Virus record (IMG/VR): IMGVR_UViG_3300049137_000066
Coordinates: 1 to 37,918 of that record
From: a virus
Taxonomy: Duplodnaviria; Caudoviricetes
DNA: 37,918 nucleotides
Reading direction: 5' to 3' (one strand)
Part shown: positions 1 to 7,353 of the stretch, piece after piece
How the letters are laid out: every line of letters begins with the position of its first letter
Position numbering within the stretch: the first letter of the stretch is position 1
Notes under the pieces: model-generated
Database searches by the model: none
Told to the model about the DNA's origin: nothing
Seen by the model: only the letters and a program-made list of their open reading frames with translations
Position numbers and translations under genes: made by a program

Positions 1-149
1 GAGGCCGGGGCCGGTCTGGGGGCCGGAGCAGCGGCGAGAGCGGCCACGGCCGAACCGCCACCAGCCACCAGCGCCGCCCCCGTGAGCGCGGCGGCCGTCA
101 CCACCCGCTCCCGCGTGGTGGCCGGTCGTGCTGCCTTGTGCTTCGCCAT
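1..149 (-). CDS. Secreted/membrane-anchored protein, 5' part only (runs off the left edge)
   Basis: Not in the ORF track. GGAGG RBS, ATG at 149, reads MAKHKAARPATTRERVVTAAALTGAALVAGGGSAVAALAAAPAPRPAPA: basic n-region plus hydrophobic h-region, signal-peptide-like. Confidence 0.7.
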   Translation of the reverse strand, partial: MAKHKAARPATTRERVVTAAALTGAALVAGGGSAVAALAAAPAPRPAPA

Positions 150-173
150 CAGGTTCCTCCAGGCTCGTCACCC

Positions 174-208
174 GACCGGCCCAGAACCAGCGTCGCGGCA
201 CCACTTTA
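174..208 (-). promoter_or_regulatory. Leader motif copy (174-190) plus putative -10 TAAAGT (203-208)
   Basis: + strand gaccggcccagaaccag matches the invariant core CGGCCCANAACCAG. Confidence 0.7.
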
Positions 209-234
209 CGGCCGACCACAGTCAACGAGCAGGG

Positions 235-636
235 CTATTCACCCGCCAGGGGTGCGCCCCCCGGGCCTGGCCCGGGCCCCGTGTCGGGCCGCTCCAGGAG
301 TTGGGCCAGGCGCGCGTTCGCCTGGTCCACCGCGTCCCGCAGCGAACACCCGGAGTTGGGCAACAGCTCGTGCTCCATCCCCGTGATCCGCCCGTCCAGG
401 CTCGACAGGCTGTCCTCCAGGTTCCCCACCCGCTCCATGACGCCGGGCCGGGCCGGGACACCAGGCCGCGCCGGCTCGCCCGTCCAGTCGTCAATCACGG
501 TATTGACCCGCCGGCCGAACCGGACCAGGCTCCGCGTCCCCCGCCAGACCAGAGTCCCTACCCCGCCCACCACGGTCACGACGCTCGCCCACATGATGGC
601 CGTGTCCAACGCCGGGATGCCCGTTGCTTGCATCAT
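235..636 (-). CDS. Single-TM membrane protein of the lysis cassette (holin-associated)
   Basis: N-terminal TM (WASVVTVVGGVGTLVW), a coiled segment, and an ELLPNSGCSLRDAV motif of the kind seen in actinophage proteins next to endolysins. GAGGAGG RBS. Confidence 0.7.
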   Translation of the reverse strand: MMQATGIPALDTAIMWASVVTVVGGVGTLVWRGTRSLVRFGRRVNTVIDDWTGEPARPGVPARPGVMERVGNLEDSLSSLDGRITGMEHELLPNSGCSLRDAVDQANARLAQLLERPDTGPGPGPGGAPLAGE

Positions 637-646
637 CCCGCCCTCC

Positions 647-1603
647 TCAACTCGTGCCGGTGTGCAGGAGCCGCCAGGTGAGCGGTCCCGGGTACCCGTC
701 CGGGTCGCCCCGCAACTCCGCCCGGGAGCGCTGGAAGTCGGCCACGTTCCGCCGCGTCCACTCCGAGAACCGGGTGCCCGCCTGGTAGCCGTCTCCGTCG
801 TGGTGGTGCGTCCAGCCGCGGCGGATGAGGGCCCGGTCCAGAGTGAGGACCGCCGGGTGGGACACGCCGAGCACGAACGCCCCGGCGCCCGGGTACGTCG
901 GCACCGGGTCCGGCTGCTCCTCCTCCTGGCGCTCGGGGACGCGGAGGACCTGGCCGGGATAGACGGTGTACGGCTCCCGGAGGTCGTTGAGCTCCGCGAG
1001 GTCTCGCCAGTCCACGTCCAGGCGCCGGGCGATGACGGCCAGGTAGTCCCCCGGCCTCACCACGTACTCGCCCTCCGCCGGCTCCGCCTGGTGGCCGCCG
1101 GAGTCGGGGCGGGGAGCGCCGGCGCGTACCCACTCGTAGAGCGGCCCGCCGGGGCACTGCGTGGCGTAACCGTCCCGGTGGCCGCCGACCCACGTCCCGG
1201 CGTCCCCGTCCCGCCGCAACCAGTCGATGGCGTCGCGGAGGCCGTGGAGCATGGCCTCCGGCGGCCGGGTCAGGCCGGAGCTCCCCAGGAGCGCGCACAC
1301 CGCGTAGTCCTGGCCGTTGAGCGCCGCCGAGCCGTTGGCGCCCGGCCGCTTGTGGGTGCCTCGGCCCTCGAAGACGTGCCCGTGCTCGCACACCAGGGCG
1401 TTGTACGCGATGTCCGCGTAGTTCTCCACCGGGTCCGCCAGGTGATGGGAGCGGACGGTCCACACGTAGGAGCCGCACTGCGAGTGCGGGCGGGAGGCGT
1501 AGGCCGCCCCGAGATAGTGGATCTTCACGCCCCGGGCGGACCCCAGGTACGAGGCCGGGGAGGAGGCGGGAGCCCCCCAGTCCTCACGCTCTACGAACTG
1601 CAC
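647..1603 (-). CDS. Endolysin: PGRP/Amidase_2 N-acetylmuramoyl-L-alanine amidase + LysM + peptidoglycan-binding domain
   Basis: REDWGA, IHY, YADIAYNALV..GHVFEGRG and GHRD..ATQCPG amidase motifs; LysM YVVRPGDYLAVIARR..LAELNDL..VYPGQVLRVP; C-terminal DGYPGPLTW. Start revised to GTG 1603 after GGAGGTGG. Confidence 0.92.
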   Translation of the reverse strand: MQFVEREDWGAPASSPASYLGSARGVKIHYLGAAYASRPHSQCGSYVWTVRSHHLADPVENYADIAYNALVCEHGHVFEGRGTHKRPGANGSAALNGQDYAVCALLGSSGLTRPPEAMLHGLRDAIDWLRRDGDAGTWVGGHRDGYATQCPGGPLYEWVRAGAPRPDSGGHQAEPAEGEYVVRPGDYLAVIARRLDVDWRDLAELNDLREPYTVYPGQVLRVPERQEEEQPDPVPTYPGAGAFVLGVSHPAVLTLDRALIRRGWTHHHDGDGYQAGTRFSEWTRRNVADFQRSRAELRGDPDGYPGPLTWRLLHTGTS

Positions 1604-1643
1604 GTGACCACCTCCAGGGCAGGGGTGTGCGGACGGCCGGGCA

Positions 1644-2165
1644 TCAGTCGGCCGCCTCATGGATGACGAGCTTGAATTCCGCGAGGACCACGGCCCGCGC
1701 GGTGGTGGCGTTGTGCGAGACCCGCACCGCCAGGGGGACATCCGGGTGCACGAAGATGCCGTGACCGCCCTTGACCCAGCACTGCATACCGATGGACGGC
1801 GGCCGGTGCTCGGTGGCCGTGGTGTCCACCGGAGGCGGGGAGTTGAGCGAGAGCGGGTCACGGGCGTACTGGTCCCGCAACTCCGTGTAGTCCCCCGCCT
1901 CCCACTGGATCATGGCGTGGAGCTCGCCCCACCCGGAGACGGCCGGCCAGATGAGGCCGGACCGCTCGTCCGTGTCCCACGACGTGACTGTGTATCCGTC
2001 CGGCTGGAGCGTCTGGTGCATCCGCCACCGGTCGTAGGACTCCGCCGCGCCGAACGGGAAGCGCAGCGTCGTGTACCCGGCGCCCGCCGGGATGACCTGC
2101 GGCGTGTCCCGCTTGAGGGAACACACCAGGACGCCGCCGGGGCGGAGGAAGCTATCGGTCGCCAA
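1644..2165 (-). CDS. Putative tail receptor-binding beta-domain protein, paralog of 4299..4904
   Basis: Shares QPDGY, RSGLIWP, IQWE.G.YTELRDQ, DTTAT.HR and LAEFKL with the 4299 gene. Start revised to TTG 2165 after GGGAGA. Confidence 0.7.
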   Translation of the reverse strand: MATDSFLRPGGVLVCSLKRDTPQVIPAGAGYTTLRFPFGAAESYDRWRMHQTLQPDGYTVTSWDTDERSGLIWPAVSGWGELHAMIQWEAGDYTELRDQYARDPLSLNSPPPVDTTATEHRPPSIGMQCWVKGGHGIFVHPDVPLAVRVSHNATTARAVVLAEFKLVIHEAAD

Positions 2166-2193
2166 GAGGTCTCCCGAAGAGGGAAGTTCCTTG

Positions 2194-2228
2194 GCCCGGC
2201 CCACAACCAGCGGCGTCCAGGGAGTGTA
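2194..2228 (-). promoter_or_regulatory. Leader motif copy (2194-2210) plus putative -10 TACACT (2223-2228)
   Basis: Exact match to GCCCGGCCCANAACCAG. Confidence 0.75.
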
Positions 2229-2236
2229 TCCGCCGG

Positions 2237-2545
2237 CTACTCGGCCCCTGCGGGCTCGAGGTCCGGCCCCGTGTAGCCGGACATACGGCGCGCGGAGACC
2301 TCCGGCACGCCGAGCGCGCGCAACGACAGGTAGTCCTCCCGCTGCGCCGCCTCGGCCTCCGCGGCGAGCTGCGCGGCGTGGGCCTGGTTGGCGGCCTCCA
2401 CCTCGGCCAGGGAGACCGCGTACTCCTCCTCCGTCAGGACGGTCGCGCCCTCGGGGAGCTCGGGCGCCTCCGCCTGGTCCCCGGAGACGGTCCGGGAGAC
2501 CAGGGCGCCGTCTGCGGTCCGGTAGTACAGGGTGACGTCAGCCAT
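2237..2545 (-). CDS. Small acidic protein after the tail fibre (possible fibre chaperone)
   Basis: 102 aa with GAGAGG RBS and helical LTEEEYA...AEAEAAQREDY. Function inferred from position only. Confidence 0.6.
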   Translation of the reverse strand: MADVTLYYRTADGALVSRTVSGDQAEAPELPEGATVLTEEEYAVSLAEVEAANQAHAAQLAAEAEAAQREDYLSLRALGVPEVSARRMSGYTGPDLEPAGAE

Positions 2546-2558
2546 GGTTACGGCCTCT

Positions 2559-4184
2559 CTAGAGAATGATGAGGGTGGACCTGATGAAGCTCTGTACGCG
2601 GTTGTAGGTGGCTCCGCCCGACCCGCGTCCCATGCGGATGCTCACCGTGTAGTTGAGCGTCGCCCCCGGCGCGACCGTCCCCGGAGACAGGACCTTCGTG
2701 GCCTGCGCGTGGGTGTCCAGGGCCGCCGACGTCCCCGTGTTGCGGGAGTACCAAGTCTCGTCCGTGCTGATACCGAATCCCGCGCCCGCGCCGGCGGGCA
2801 GGTTGATATCGGCGTCCACCTCCGCCTCGATCTGGAGCCACGCCTCCCGGCACGGGTCCGGGTTGGTGATGGCCAGAGTGTGGGTGGCCACCTCCGTGTC
2901 CTGCGGCGCGGGGACCGCGAGGTCCGCGACGTTCAACACCTGCTGGTCCGACTGGTAGACGATGCGGCCCCGCGGCTCCGAGCGGAGCGCGCCCGTGCTG
3001 TCGCAGTACACCCGGCCCGCGTTGGCGTCCACGTCGCACGGGTACGCCCACGCCTGTACGGCGACCGCCAGGGGCGCGCCGGCGGTGCCGTCCCCGGTGA
3101 GGCCGCACGCCGTCTCCAGCGGCGCCGCAGCGGGGACCAGGAGCCCGCCGTCCGTGCCGAAGGTGAGCGTGTTCCCGGCGTCCGTGGACGGCCGGGCCTC
3201 CACCACGCCGGTGGCGGGGTCGTAGGCCGCGCCGTCCCCGGCGGAGATGCACGGCCGGACGTCGTCACAGGTGACCGGGTCGGCGGCCACCACGTACGGG
3301 TCCGCGAGCGTCCCGGCCCCGGTCACGGTGACGTTGGGCCCGGCGGTCACCACCGTGGAGACTCCGCCTCCGCCGGCCGAGCTCACGACGTACGGGCTCG
3401 CCGTGGTGCCCGCGCCGGTGACGGTGACGTTCGTCCCGGCCTGGACCACGGTGGGCGGTGAGCCGATCACGCCCGTGGCCGGGTCGTAGGTGACGCCGGG
3501 CCCGGCCGAGAGACACGGCCGCACGTCATCACAGGTGACCGGGTCGGCGGCCACCACGTACGGGTCCGCGCCGGTGCCGGTACCGGTGACGGTCACATTC
3601 GCCCCGGCCTCCACGACCGTGGCCGCGCTGCCGCCGGCCGAGCTCACCACGTAAGGGCTCGCGCTCGTACCGGCACCGGTGACGGTGACGTTCGTCCCGG
3701 CCTGGACCACGGTGGGCGGTGAGCCGATCACGCCCGTGGCCGGGTCGTAGGTGACGCCGGGCCCGGCCGAGAGGCAGGGGCGGACGTCGTCACAGGTGAC
3801 CGGGTCGGCGGCCACCACGTACGGGTCCGCGCTGGTGCCCGTGCCGGTCACGGTCACGTTGGGCCCGGCCTGGACCACGGTGGGGTCCGCGGCGTCGGCG
3901 GCCACCACGTACGGGTCCACCACCGTGCCGGTGCCGGTCACGGTCACATTGGGCCCGGCCTCCACCACCGTGGGGTCCGCGCCGATCACCCCCGTGGCGG
4001 GGTCGTAGGTGGCACCAGGCCCGGCCGAGAGGCAGGGCCGGACCTCATCGCAGCTGACCGGGGCGGCGGCCTCCGAGGAGACGACGTACGGCGCTCCCGA
4101 GCTGCCGTTCCCGGTGACGGTGACGCCGGGGCCGGCGGTCACCAGGCAGGTGCAGCGGGAACCGCCGCAGCCGAATTGAGCCAT
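2559..4184 (-). CDS. Repetitive tail fibre-like protein
   Basis: Start revised to ATG 4184 (AGGAG RBS; MAQFGCGGSRCTC). Repeats VVxAGxNVTVTGxGTxxxPYVV and V(T/S)CD(D/E)VRPC(L/I)SAG..YDPATGV, then a C-terminal beta domain. Confidence 0.75.
   Translation of the reverse strand: MAQFGCGGSRCTCLVTAGPGVTVTGNGSSGAPYVVSSEAAAPVSCDEVRPCLSAGPGATYDPATGVIGADPTVVEAGPNVTVTGTGTVVDPYVVAADAADPTVVQAGPNVTVTGTGTSADPYVVAADPVTCDDVRPCLSAGPGVTYDPATGVIGSPPTVVQAGTNVTVTGAGTSASPYVVSSAGGSAATVVEAGANVTVTGTGTGADPYVVAADPVTCDDVRPCLSAGPGVTYDPATGVIGSPPTVVQAGTNVTVTGAGTTASPYVVSSAGGGGVSTVVTAGPNVTVTGAGTLADPYVVAADPVTCDDVRPCISAGDGAAYDPATGVVEARPSTDAGNTLTFGTDGGLLVPAAAPLETACGLTGDGTAGAPLAVAVQAWAYPCDVDANAGRVYCDSTGALRSEPRGRIVYQSDQQVLNVADLAVPAPQDTEVATHTLAITNPDPCREAWLQIEAEVDADINLPAGAGAGFGISTDETWYSRNTGTSAALDTHAQATKVLSPGTVAPGATLNYTVSIRMGRGSGGATYNRVQSFIRSTLIIL
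3415..3773. repeat. Intragenic direct repeat: ~98 bp identical at 3415-3512 and 3676-3773 (261-bp period)
   Basis: ccggtgacggtgacgttcgtcccggcctggaccacggtgggcggtgagccgatc...cccggccgagag is present twice. Confidence 0.9.
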
Positions 4185-4211
4185 GGGACAACTCCTGTGT
4201 GGAGGAGGTGC

Positions 4212-4261
4212 GCCCGGCCCATAACCAGCGGGAGGAGGAGTGCGGCCCGGCCCAGAACCAG
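4212..4261 (-). promoter_or_regulatory. Tandem pair of leader motifs (4212-4228, 4245-4261); no -10 box seen
   Basis: gcccggcccataaccag and gcccggcccagaaccag. Confidence 0.75.
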
Positions 4262-4298
4262 ACGGCGGCACGGCGGCCAGGCGGAGCCCGGCCCGGTG

Positions 4299-4904
4299 TC
4301 AGGGGAGGATGGCGAGCTTGAATTCCGCCAGGGTCAGTTGGCGGGCGGTGGCGTCGTTGTGCGCCACCCGCAGCGCGATCGGCGTCGTGGGGTTCACGAA
4401 GATCTCGTGATGCTTCGTGAAGTAGTTCTCACCCGGGGACGGCGCGCGGTGATCCGTCGCCGTGGTGTCCGGCGTCGTGAACGGCGTACGGACGAACTGG
4501 TCCCGCAGCTCCGTGTACGCCCCGGACTCCCACTGGATGAGCGCGGTGAGGAGGCCCCAGCCGTTGAACTTCGGCCAGATGAGTCCGGACCGGTCGTCCG
4601 TCGCCCAGTCCACCACCTGGTACCCGTCCGGCTGGATCGGGTTGTGCATGTCGTACGCGTCGTAGGACTCGCCCGTGTACGGGAATCTGACGATGTGGTA
4701 CGCCCCGTCCGCCGGGATCGTCTGCGGCGAGTCCGTCTTGAGGCTGACCACCTTCGTGACGAACTCCGGCTCGGGCGGGTCCACCAGGTCCTCGCGGCTG
4801 ACGATGTAGGGGTTGGACGCCGTGCCGCTCCCGTCCACCAGCATCCCCGGACCGGCGACGACCAGGCAGGAGCACCGGTCCCCGCCGCACCCTGTGCGCG
4901 CCAT
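4299..4904 (-). CDS. Minor tail/receptor-binding protein with Cys-rich N-terminus
   Basis: Start ATG 4904 (GGAGGTGG RBS). MARTGCGGDRCSCLVVAGPG..GSGTASNPY matches the N-terminus of the 2559 gene; the C-domain is paralogous to the 1644 gene. Confidence 0.75.
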   Translation of the reverse strand: MARTGCGGDRCSCLVVAGPGMLVDGSGTASNPYIVSREDLVDPPEPEFVTKVVSLKTDSPQTIPADGAYHIVRFPYTGESYDAYDMHNPIQPDGYQVVDWATDDRSGLIWPKFNGWGLLTALIQWESGAYTELRDQFVRTPFTTPDTTATDHRAPSPGENYFTKHHEIFVNPTTPIALRVAHNDATARQLTLAEFKLAILP

Positions 4905-4932
4905 GAGCCACCTCCGCGTTGTTCGCGTTTCG

Positions 4933-4966
4933 GCCCGGCCCACAACCAGTCAGCACGCCCAGTCTA
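4933..4966 (-). promoter_or_regulatory. Leader motif copy (4933-4949) plus putative -10 TAGACT (4961-4966)
   Basis: Exact motif match. Confidence 0.75.
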
Positions 4967-4970
4967 GGGC

Positions 4971-5007
4971 CGGGCCTGGCGGCCCCCGGGAGGCCGCCTG
5001 ACGCCCG
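4971..5007 (-). terminator. GC-rich hairpin just downstream of the 5014 gene
   Basis: ggcggcc...ggccgcc stem with outer cgggc/gcccg arms; no U-tract. Confidence 0.45.
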
Positions 5008-5013
5008 ACACGG

Positions 5014-5751
5014 TCAGCCGTGGAGCTCCACGATCACGATGCCGTTCCCGCCCGTCTGGCCGGTCTCCGCGCTGCCCGTGGAGAGCGCCCCGCCCGCGCC
5101 GCCGCCGTAGCCGCGGGGAGCGGTCCCCGGCCCGCTGTTGTTGCGGGGGAACCCGCCGTGGCCCAGGTGCGCCTCCCCGCCCGCACCCGAGAGGCCCCAG
5201 GTGCCGTTGAGGCGGATCGCGCCGCCGCCGGCACCGCCGCCGGACGCCCAGTCACCGGAGCCGGCCGTGGGGCCCGGGATGCCGTTGGACGTCACGGGCA
5301 CCGTGCCGGAGTCCATGGCCGCGGTGCCGCCGTCCCCGCCCGGCGCGATGACGAACCCGCCGAAGGAGGAGGAGCCGCCGACGCCGCCCGGCGCGGACGC
5401 CGTCCCCGCCGCGCCACCGGTGCCCACCACGATGGACTCCACGGCGGCTAGGTCGGCCGCGTCGATGAGGCGTTCACCGTACCCGCCGCCCGCGCCACCA
5501 GGACGCGCGATCAGTTCGTTGGTGTTGGCGTCCGCGCCGGCCGAGCCACCGCCCGCCCCCTGCACGCGGACCTTGACCCGGGCGAGCCACGGGTAATCCG
5601 TCTTCTTGAACTGGAAGACGCCGGGGTTTTTGAACTCCAGGACCTCGCGGAGTCCCTGCTGACCGGGGACCAGGCAGAGCTCCCCGGCGGTGTTGACAGT
5701 GAAGTACTCGCCACAGGCGCACACGGACGCGATCGGACTCACCTCATGCAT
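5014..5751 (-). CDS. Glycine-rich-domain minor tail protein (start uncertain; possibly ATC at 5733)
   Basis: VRVQGAGGGSAG..GGAGGGY..IVVGTGG..GGSSSFG..APGG..GYGGGAGG..GGNGIVIVE is the typical phage-tail Gly-rich domain pattern. Confidence 0.8.
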   Translation of the reverse strand: MHEVSPIASVCACGEYFTVNTAGELCLVPGQQGLREVLEFKNPGVFQFKKTDYPWLARVKVRVQGAGGGSAGADANTNELIARPGGAGGGYGERLIDAADLAAVESIVVGTGGAAGTASAPGGVGGSSSFGGFVIAPGGDGGTAAMDSGTVPVTSNGIPGPTAGSGDWASGGGAGGGAIRLNGTWGLSGAGGEAHLGHGGFPRNNSGPGTAPRGYGGGAGGALSTGSAETGQTGGNGIVIVELHG

Positions 5752-5763
5752 GACGAAGGATGA

Positions 5764-5796
5764 GCCCGGCCCACAACCAGCGGCGCGTCCAGGTTA
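5764..5796 (-). promoter_or_regulatory. Leader motif copy (5764-5780) plus putative -10 TAACCT (5791-5796)
   Basis: Exact motif match; the -10 overlaps the stop codon of the 5794 gene. Confidence 0.75.
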
Positions 5797-6264
5797 GACC
5801 TCGGCGGCCGGCTCCTGGTCCGGCGTCGAGCCGGTGACGTGGACGGCCGTCCCCTCCGGCGCCTCCACCCACCTCATGCCGCGCCCGTGCGGCACCAGGG
5901 CCCACAGCTGGACCACGACGCGGCCGGGCTCGGCCTCCTCCACCGCCACGGTGTACGGGCCGCCCTGGCCGGCGGGGACGGCGGTCACCACCAGGCGGCC
6001 GTGGCCGGGATCCGGGGACCAGACGGCGCTCCCGTCCGGCCCGGCCTGGAGGACGGCGGCCGCGACCGTCCGCCCGGGCGCACCAGGAGGACCCGGCGGG
6101 CCGGGACGACCTCGAGGTCCCTCCGGTCCAGGCTCCGCCGCGGCCCCGGCCTCGGCGGGGCGGCGGCGGTTCTCCATGCGCCGCGCCCGTTGGTCCAGGT
6201 CCCGTAGCACTCCGGGGAGGTTCCCCTCCGGGGACCTCCGGAACGACGATCCTCGTAGCCCCAT
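5794..6264 (-). CDS. Minor tail protein with a short collagen-like (GXY)6 stretch
   Basis: N-terminal helix LRDLDQRARRMENRR, then GPEGPRGRPGPPGPPGAPG. Directly follows the hub gene. Confidence 0.7.
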   Translation of the reverse strand: MGLRGSSFRRSPEGNLPGVLRDLDQRARRMENRRRPAEAGAAAEPGPEGPRGRPGPPGPPGAPGRTVAAAVLQAGPDGSAVWSPDPGHGRLVVTAVPAGQGGPYTVAVEEAEPGRVVVQLWALVPHGRGMRWVEAPEGTAVHVTGSTPDQEPAAEV

Positions 6265-6268
6265 GACC

Positions 6269-7282
6269 TCACACCCCCGAGGGGACTAGCTGCACGCGCA
6301 CGCTCTCCCCGCGATCGTTCTCCGTGACCTTGACCCCGTGAATCTTGAGGCTCTGGGAGATCGTCCGACAGGTGCTCGTCGTGGTGACGTCCACGCAGTA
6401 CCCGGGCACCAGGGAGGCGACGTCCACGGACGCGTCCGGGGCGAGGGTCGTTTCGTTGCTGGTGTCCAGGAACGTCGGCGCCGGGTAGGAGCCGCGCAGC
6501 CGGGAGCGCGCCGCCGCAGCGGCGGAGTTGTTGTCCAGGATGCTCGTCTCCTCGGCCACCCGCTCCAGGAGCCCGTAATACGAGTCGATGCCGCCGGCCT
6601 CCCCCTTGATGTCGCCCTCCTCGGCCCCGTGGACCACCCACCGGGTGGCCAGGGAGGAGCCGTCCTCCGCGATCTCCAGCCCGGACGGAAAGTCCTCGTC
6701 CGTGAGCCGGCCGACGCGGGCGCAGTGGTCCTCACCCATGAGGAGAATCCGCCGGCCTACCGCCGTGTAGTCCAGACCGTTCTCCGCCAGGGCGCGGAGG
6801 TGGTCGCCGGTCTGGCCCACGTCCTTCTCGTAGCGGCGCGTCCCCGTGATCCGGGACTCCGAGAGGATCTGTACCTGATGGCCGGGGTCGTCGGGGGCGA
6901 AGCCGTCCCGGATGAGGGCATGGGCGACCTGCACCAGGTCCGTGTCCGGGAAGAACAGGTCATCGTGCGGGACGCGCCGGTCCAGCCACCCGAGGACGTC
7001 CACCGCGGCGATCTCCACGCCGTCCGCCCGCCACACCGGGGTCACCACGGGGCCCTCCCAGACGCCCACGCCGTCACGGAAGATCTGGAGGTTGTGGCGC
7101 CAGGACCGCACCCGAGCCAGGCCCTCGCAGCAATCCCCCTCCGGCTGCACGAGGACCCTCGCCGTGGACGCGTCGTCCAGCACGCGGGACCACTCCACTT
7201 GAAGGAGGACGTCCGCCTCCGCGACGAGGGCCCCACTCCTGTCCACCACACGCGCCTGGTGCGTTCCACATCCCACGGGCAT
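6269..7282 (-). CDS. Tail tip/hub (Tal-like) minor tail protein
   Basis: Second gene after TMP; WSRVLDDASTA..HNLQIFRDGVGVWEGPV..DVLGWLDRR..YYGLLERV pattern. Start revised to ATG 7282 (GGGAGG RBS). Confidence 0.75.
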   Translation of the reverse strand: MPVGCGTHQARVVDRSGALVAEADVLLQVEWSRVLDDASTARVLVQPEGDCCEGLARVRSWRHNLQIFRDGVGVWEGPVVTPVWRADGVEIAAVDVLGWLDRRVPHDDLFFPDTDLVQVAHALIRDGFAPDDPGHQVQILSESRITGTRRYEKDVGQTGDHLRALAENGLDYTAVGRRILLMGEDHCARVGRLTDEDFPSGLEIAEDGSSLATRWVVHGAEEGDIKGEAGGIDSYYGLLERVAEETSILDNNSAAAAARSRLRGSYPAPTFLDTSNETTLAPDASVDVASLVPGYCVDVTTTSTCRTISQSLKIHGVKVTENDRGESVRVQLVPSGV

Positions 7283-7311
7283 GGCCGTCTGCCTCCCTAC
7301 AACGGAGCTCG

Positions 7312-7344
7312 GCCCGGCCCACAACCAGCAGCCCGGCCAGGGTA
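7312..7344 (-). promoter_or_regulatory. Leader motif copy (7312-7328) plus putative -10 TACCCT (7339-7344)
   Basis: Exact motif match. Confidence 0.75.
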
Positions 7345-7353
7345 GCCGCGGGG

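Noticed and set aside
1644-4904. Paralogous fibre genes or repeats as a diversity-generating retroelement (TR/VR)
   Set aside because: No reverse transcriptase in the window, and the differences are not adenine-specific.
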